In this document: positions 59,022 to 64,000 of the stretch, in pieces
Layout: the number at the start of each line of letters is the position of its first letter
How positions within the stretch are numbered: position 1 is the stretch's first letter
Translations under genes and position numbers: made by a program
Notes under the pieces: generated by a model
What the model saw: the letters and a program-made list of their open reading frames with translations, nothing else
The model's database searches: none
Told to the model about the DNA's origin: nothing
Source of the DNA: an uncultured Acidimicrobiales bacterium
GTDB lineage: Bacteria; Actinomycetota; Acidimicrobiia; Acidimicrobiales; SZUA-35
DNA: 64,000 nucleotides
NCBI GenBank assembly: GCA_963751955.1
Contig: CAVVWM010000011.1
Span: 117,888-181,887, forward strand
Direction of reading: 5' to 3'

Positions 59022-59591
59022 TCAGACCCCGGAGCCGGCGTCTGCGAGTGTTCTGGCTATCAACCAGGCATAGCCGTCGGCTTCGCCTGTCTCGAGGACA
59101 TCGAGGTGGCGAAAGGATTTCAGCAACTCACCGGAGGCGGCTCGGAACCGACCCGGCGCTGCACCCACTTCGCTGAGACACGACATTGCCAACATTCCGT
59201 GCGGCCTCAGGCGCTCAACCAGAACCTCGTCGAGGTCAGCGTCCCGAAACAGATTGCAAAAAACCAGATCCACTCGCTCACCGTCAGGCAGACCGGCTTT
59301 GAGATCATGAACGTCGAAGCGGCAACGATGACCCACGCCGGATGCATCGGCGTACCTGCGAGCGAAATCGATCGCAACCGGAGAGAAATCGACGCCCCAG
59401 ACTTCCATGCCGCGGCGGGCCAGCCAGACAGCGCTTCTGCCGTTCCCGCAGGCCAGGTCAAGCGCACCACCGGCCATGGGAAACAGATCCGCGAACGGCG
59501 CAAACAGCGGAGGCGGTTCAACCTTTCCGGCCGAGGTCAACCCAGCCTCCGCGTACCGGCGGTCCCAGTGCTCCCGATGCGAATAGGTCAC
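59022..59591 (-). CDS. Class I SAM-dependent methyltransferase
   Basis: W.RRY, ALDLACG.GR.AVWLA..G..V.GVD.S motifs. Confidence 0.9.
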   Translation of the reverse strand: MTYSHREHWDRRYAEAGLTSAGKVEPPPLFAPFADLFPMAGGALDLACGNGRSAVWLARRGMEVWGVDFSPVAIDFARRYADASGVGHRCRFDVHDLKAGLPDGERVDLVFCNLFRDADLDEVLVERLRPHGMLAMSCLSEVGAAPGRFRAASGELLKSFRHLDVLETGEADGYAWLIARTLADAGSGV

Positions 59592-60574
59592 GACCCTGCG
59601 AGCTTCAGTGTGAGATTCCAGGTGGACTCTTCCACTTCGACCACATCAGTTCTTCTGGGCCGGGATCCGGGCAGACGGGTTCCCTCGTCGGCGGCGACTG
59701 ATTCTGCCAACCCAGCCAGATGCTCGTAGAAGCCGTCGTCGCTATATGCCGACGGGTCGATGACAAGATAGAACTGGCCCAGATCATGCGGTGGGCCCTC
59801 GGGCGCCTTCAGCGGCGGTACGTCGACGCTTCGGCGCGTACCGGTCAGAGCCGACGCCAAGATCTCGACCATCAGACCGATTCCGAATCCTTTGTAGCCA
59901 CCGGCAGAAACCAACGAACCACCCAAGGCCAAGTCTGGGTCGGAGGTAGGTCGACCATCAGCGTCGAGTGCCCACCCAAGCGGAATCGACTCTCCTGCAG
60001 CCTTTGCCATTGTGATCTTGCCGAGAGCCACAGCGCTCGTGCTGAAGTCGAATTGGAACGCAATTCCTCCGTGGCCGTCTGGCACCGCCATCGCAATCGG
60101 ATTTGTGCCGAGCAGTCGCTTGGAACCGCCCGGCGCAGCAACCCGCGGAGTGGCATTGGTGGCTCCGATCGCCAATAGGCCGGCAGCGGCGAACTGTTCG
60201 GTGAAGTAGCCAAGGGAGGTACAGGTGTGGGTGTGCTCCACCGAATAGCCACAGATCCCATTCAGGAGCGCTGAATCGCTGGCAGCGTCGAATCCGGCGG
60301 CAAAGGCAACCTGCGCAAATCCAAGCTTGCCGTCGACTCGAACCGCTCCAGGTCGTTCGTTGGTGACAGTCGGCTCCGCATCACCCTTCACCCGACCGGC
60401 TTCGAGCTGTTTGCAGTAGCTGTCAAGGTAGAACAGGCCGCAGATTCGGTTTTGGTTCTGCTCGGCAACCCGTATGGCGTGTGCCACCGCGGCCGCAGTC
60501 GTGGGAGTTGCGCCGTGACGTTCGAGAGCGCGACCGGCTTCGGCTTCGAGGTCATCCAGAGCAATCGTTGGCAT
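59588..60574 (-). CDS. Ldh_2 family oxidoreductase (malate/L-sulfolactate dehydrogenase-like)
   Basis: GTNPIA, D.STS..A.GK, IP.GWA.D.DG.PT.DP and GGYKG.G..LMVEIL motifs. Confidence 0.92.
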   Translation of the reverse strand: MPTIALDDLEAEAGRALERHGATPTTAAAVAHAIRVAEQNQNRICGLFYLDSYCKQLEAGRVKGDAEPTVTNERPGAVRVDGKLGFAQVAFAAGFDAASDSALLNGICGYSVEHTHTCTSLGYFTEQFAAAGLLAIGATNATPRVAAPGGSKRLLGTNPIAMAVPDGHGGIAFQFDFSTSAVALGKITMAKAAGESIPLGWALDADGRPTSDPDLALGGSLVSAGGYKGFGIGLMVEILASALTGTRRSVDVPPLKAPEGPPHDLGQFYLVIDPSAYSDDGFYEHLAGLAESVAADEGTRLPGSRPRRTDVVEVEESTWNLTLKLAGS

Positions 60575-60762
60575 GCAGCGAGCCTAGGTGACCCATTGCA
60601 GCAGCCGACACGGGGTTGGCGGCGGGCACCCTGCGACGTTGTTCCCTGCGGGAAAGTACGTGGAGACTCCAGCTCCGACGTCGCCTAAAACTCGCGCAAG
60701 AGGCATCGGAGTTGGTGTCGTTCAATGAGACAAGGCCGCCCGGAGTTGCAATGATGAAACCT

Positions 60763-61977
60763 ATGTCGGATTCTGCGGAACGCCCAATTACAAGCTTGCG
60801 CAGCTGGTTCACCGGCCCGCCGCGAGCCCATGGCGAAGTGCTCGAAGACCGAGCCGTTAGCTTCCTAGAGCTCTTCTATGACCTCGTCTTCGTGGTGCTG
60901 ATCGCCCAGATCGCCCACACGTTCGCTGGCGATGTGAGCTGGGGAGGATTCGTCCGGTTCGCCGTCGTATTTTGCCTCGTCTGGGTGGCCTGGGTGAACG
61001 GCTCCTTCTACCACGAACTTCATGGCCGGGAGGACGGGCGCAGCCGGGCGTACATCTTCGTGCAGATGGCCATGTTGGTGATCATGGCGGTCTACGCCGC
61101 TCATGCGGCGGACGATGTCGCCAATGGCCGCAACTTCGCCATCGTCTACGCTTTGTTGTTGGCGTTCATCGAATGGCAGTGGTACTCGGTCCGCACCTAC
61201 GACACCGACGAGATGGCCTCGTCCACGATGCGCTACAACACCGCGATGATGGCAGCGATCGCGATCATCGTGATAAGCGCGTTCGTCAACGATCCCGATA
61301 TCAGGCTCGCGTTGTGGGCATCGACGGTGGTCATCAAGATCGCCAGCAGCCTGTCACAGGTGCTGCGGCCTGATCCCCATCTGGAGGAAGCTCTGAGGAT
61401 CACCGACTCGATGGCCGAACGGTTCGGGCTGTTCACCATCATCGTGCTGGGCGAGGTGGTGGTCGGAGTGGTGGAGGGCCTGTCCGAAGCCGATCACAAC
61501 GCACGCACCGTAGCCACCGGTGTCGTGGCCTTGGTGATTGGATTCGGGTTCTGGTGGAACTACTTCGACTTCGTGGGCAAACGAGCACCACGACCCGGCT
61601 CGCACAACCGAGGGGTGTGGAATCTGGGTCACCTCCCAATGTGGTTGGCCGTGGCCGCAGCCGGTGCCGGGATGGTGAATCTGGTCGAACATGCGGGCGA
61701 CAACCGCACCCCGGCCAACACTGCGTGGCTCATCGCTGGGGCCACGGCAGCGATGGCGGCGGCGCTGGCAGCAATCACGCTCACAATGCCGACCCATCCG
61801 GGTCGCCGCCTCGTACCCATCACGTTGTCCGCTGCTGCAGTCATTGCCCTGATCCTCGGGGCACTCCGGCCGAGCCCGCTCACCCTGGCTTCGGCGCTCG
61901 CGATCACTCTTGCCGCTGTCTGGATTGAGGCACTGGTGCGGCACGCTCACGAGGGCACCCCGATCGGCCAGTTGTAG
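60763..61977 (+). CDS. Low temperature requirement protein A (LtrA) family membrane protein
   Basis: S.LELFYDLVFV and ERFGLFTII.LGE motifs, W.YF, multiple TMs. Confidence 0.9.
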   Translation: MSDSAERPITSLRSWFTGPPRAHGEVLEDRAVSFLELFYDLVFVVLIAQIAHTFAGDVSWGGFVRFAVVFCLVWVAWVNGSFYHELHGREDGRSRAYIFVQMAMLVIMAVYAAHAADDVANGRNFAIVYALLLAFIEWQWYSVRTYDTDEMASSTMRYNTAMMAAIAIIVISAFVNDPDIRLALWASTVVIKIASSLSQVLRPDPHLEEALRITDSMAERFGLFTIIVLGEVVVGVVEGLSEADHNARTVATGVVALVIGFGFWWNYFDFVGKRAPRPGSHNRGVWNLGHLPMWLAVAAAGAGMVNLVEHAGDNRTPANTAWLIAGATAAMAAALAAITLTMPTHPGRRLVPITLSAAAVIALILGALRPSPLTLASALAITLAAVWIEALVRHAHEGTPIGQL

Positions 61978-61996
61978 TCCCTCCGCAGAGGGACAG

Positions 61997-62920
61997 TTAG
62001 AAGTTGCGGGGCAATTGCCTCAGATGGCGGAACCCGACAGCGGCCGCCCCGACGAGTGGACCCTGATCTCCCAGGCCAGCGGGCTGAATACGGGTCCCGC
62101 GACTGTAATCGAGCGTGCACAACCGATCGATCTCAGCCTGGGCGCTGCTGAAGAACGGTTCGCCATAGCCAAGCGCCACCGAACCGGCGACGAGCGCAAG
62201 GCGCAGGTCCAGGAGGTTGGCCACCGAACCGACCGCACGCCCGATGAGTGTACCAACGCGGCGAATCTCAGCGGTCGATGCGCCCACCGCCGGTGATCCG
62301 ATTCGGGCTGCGATCCCGGTTCCCGATGCTTCGGACTCGAGCAGCCCCGGCACATGATCTGGCGGAGCTGAACCTGAATCGGGGCAGACGAATACGTGAC
62401 CGATGTGGCCGGCATTCCCCGAAGCCCCCTCCAGTAGCTTGCCGTTCAGCACGATGCCTCCGCCCACCCCCGTACTGACCACCATGGCGATGTAGTTGTT
62501 CACACCGACGGCTGAGCCGACCCAGCCTTCGGCTAGAGCCAATGCCTTTGCGTCGTTGTCAACCGCCGTGGTCAGACCGGTGTGTTGTGAAAGCCGCTCG
62601 TGAAGTGGGAAGTTGCGCCAGGCAGGGATATTGAGTGTTGAGACAAGCCGCCCCCCTGCACTCATCGGCCCGCCGCAGCCCACCCCGAGCCCAACGTATT
62701 GCTCGAACGGTGCGAACCCGTCGAGGAGCGCTGTCACGGCGCTGAACAACTCATCGCTACCCGCGTCGATAGGAGTGAGCATCGTGGCCTGTCGCAGGAT
62801 CTTGCTATCCCGAGTCACCTGGCCTGCCGTGACCTTGGTGCCAGCGATGTCAAGCGCGAGCACCGTCTGTTCGATGGTGGATTGATACCCAGCTGACCCC
62901 ACCCGACGTGCATCCTCCAC
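61997..62920 (-). CDS. ROK family sugar kinase
   Basis: LALDIAGTK, VDNDA.A.ALAE, VSTGVGGGI..NG.L..G..GNAGHIGH motifs. Confidence 0.92.
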   Translation of the reverse strand: MEDARRVGSAGYQSTIEQTVLALDIAGTKVTAGQVTRDSKILRQATMLTPIDAGSDELFSAVTALLDGFAPFEQYVGLGVGCGGPMSAGGRLVSTLNIPAWRNFPLHERLSQHTGLTTAVDNDAKALALAEGWVGSAVGVNNYIAMVVSTGVGGGIVLNGKLLEGASGNAGHIGHVFVCPDSGSAPPDHVPGLLESEASGTGIAARIGSPAVGASTAEIRRVGTLIGRAVGSVANLLDLRLALVAGSVALGYGEPFFSSAQAEIDRLCTLDYSRGTRIQPAGLGDQGPLVGAAAVGFRHLRQLPRNF

Positions 62921-62983
62921 GAATGCGACCGTAGTCTCTCCGATACCCTGTCAACGGCCGGTGGCGGACCGGGGAAGGAACGA

Positions 62984-64000
62984 ATGACAACAACATCCTC
63001 AGCTTCAACCGAAGACGTTGACGCAGTGAGCAACGGGCGCTCAGCGACACTCGACAGTAAGTCTGTCACTCAGTTCGTCACGGCCTTCGATGCGATCGCT
63101 GACAACATGGAACTCATCGTTCGAGGAAAACCCGTTGTTATCCGCCAGGCCCTCCTGTGTTTGTTGGCGCAGGGGCACCTGCTCGTGGAAGACGTTCCCG
63201 GGGTGGGCAAGACCACAGTGGCCAAGGCCATGGCTCAATCCGTCGAGGCGAAAATGGGCCGAATTCAGTTCACCCCGGACCTCCTACCGGCTGACGTCAC
63301 CGGAATCAGCGTCTGGAAGCGAGACACAGCCGAGTTCGAGTTCCGTCCTGGGCCCATCTTCAACAACATCGTGTTGGCCGATGAGATCAACAGGGCATCG
63401 CCGAAGACGCAGTCGGCATTGCTGGAGGCAATGGCTGAAGAGCAGGTCACGATCGACGGGACCAGTTACCGGCTACCACAGCCGTTCATTGTGGTGGCCA
63501 CACAGAACCCGATCGAGTCAGAAGGCACCTATCCGTTGCCCGACAGCCAGCTGGATCGATTCCTGATGCGGATTTCTGTCGGCTATCCCCGGAGGAGCGA
63601 CGAACTTTCAATCCTCGAGACCCATGAGACCCGTCATCTGGTCGAGCGTCTCTCAGCGGTCGCGACCGCACACGATCTCAACACCATGATCGACATGGTG
63701 AGCAAGGTTCAGATCGCACCCGAGTTGCGGGTATACCTCGTCGATATCGCTGAAGCCACAAGGAACCACCCTTCGGTCGAGCTCGGTATGTCACCGCGCG
63801 CCACCCTCAGCCTGCAGCGGGTGTCTCGCGCCCATGCGCTGGCGTCGCAGAGAGCCTTTGTGACCGACGACGATGTCAAGGCAGTTGCGAGCTCTGTGAT
63901 CAGCCATCGCTTGGTTCTGCGTCCCGAGGCGCTGCTTCAGGGCACGGATGCTGATCGTGTGGTTGCCGACATACTTGAGTCTGTTGCGGTGCCGTACGAT
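62984..64000 (+). CDS. moxR: MoxR family AAA+ ATPase; runs off the window end
   Basis: Manual translation from ATG 62984 (after GGAAGGA): GHLLVEDVPGVGKT, RIQFTPDLLPADVTG, LADEINRASPKTQSALLEAM, ATQNP.E.EGTYPLP..QLDRF. Confidence 0.95.
   Translation, partial: MTTTSSASTEDVDAVSNGRSATLDSKSVTQFVTAFDAIADNMELIVRGKPVVIRQALLCLLAQGHLLVEDVPGVGKTTVAKAMAQSVEAKMGRIQFTPDLLPADVTGISVWKRDTAEFEFRPGPIFNNIVLADEINRASPKTQSALLEAMAEEQVTIDGTSYRLPQPFIVVATQNPIESEGTYPLPDSQLDRFLMRISVGYPRRSDELSILETHETRHLVERLSAVATAHDLNTMIDMVSKVQIAPELRVYLVDIAEATRNHPSVELGMSPRATLSLQRVSRAHALASQRAFVTDDDVKAVASSVISHRLVLRPEALLQGTDADRVVADILESVAVPYD

Noticed and set aside
1-64000. tRNA/rRNA genes, transposases, integrases, prophage or defence genes
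   Set aside because: None recognised by eye; nearly all the sequence is accounted for by the listed CDSs. A tRNAscan or Rfam run would be needed to exclude small RNAs.

Overview
High-GC chromosomal window, most consistent with an actinobacterium and probably class Acidimicrobiia. This is inferred from the Bpa proteasome activator, IleRS2, SepF/DivIVA/YlmD and the DdbA-lspA-rluD synteny. Positions 1-18.4 kb are a Wzx/Wzc-type surface polysaccharide locus: two co-polymerases, a flippase, GT2/GT4/GT26 transferases, CapD, CDP/GDP-sugar enzymes, a flavoprotein resembling eukaryote-type UDP-galactopyranose mutase, and a beta-helix lipoprotein with a PEP-CTERM-like tail. Positions 19-34 kb hold dnaE preceded by a 20-bp tandem array, bpa, an Rrf2 regulator, patatin, nitroreductase, rluD, lspA, a histone-like/DksA fusion (DdbA-like) and ileS. 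Positions 34-53 kb are the dcw cluster (divIVA to mraZ), which lacks murD and murF, carries long Lys/Arg-rich histone-H1-like N-terminal tails on FtsW, FtsQ and FtsL, and has a large stem-loop between mraZ and rsmH. Positions 53-64 kb contain a lipoate ligase-like gene, thioredoxin, a Zur-regulated zinc ABC importer, an acyl-CoA dehydrogenase and other housekeeping genes, ending in a partial moxR. About ten single-base indels split seven genes, including essential ones, and are most likely sequencing or assembly errors. No rRNA, tRNA, CRISPR array or transposase was recognised. The best candidate for an undescribed system is a charge-patterned divisome: polybasic tails on FtsW/FtsQ/FtsL alongside polyacidic regions in DivIVA, SepF and FtsZ.
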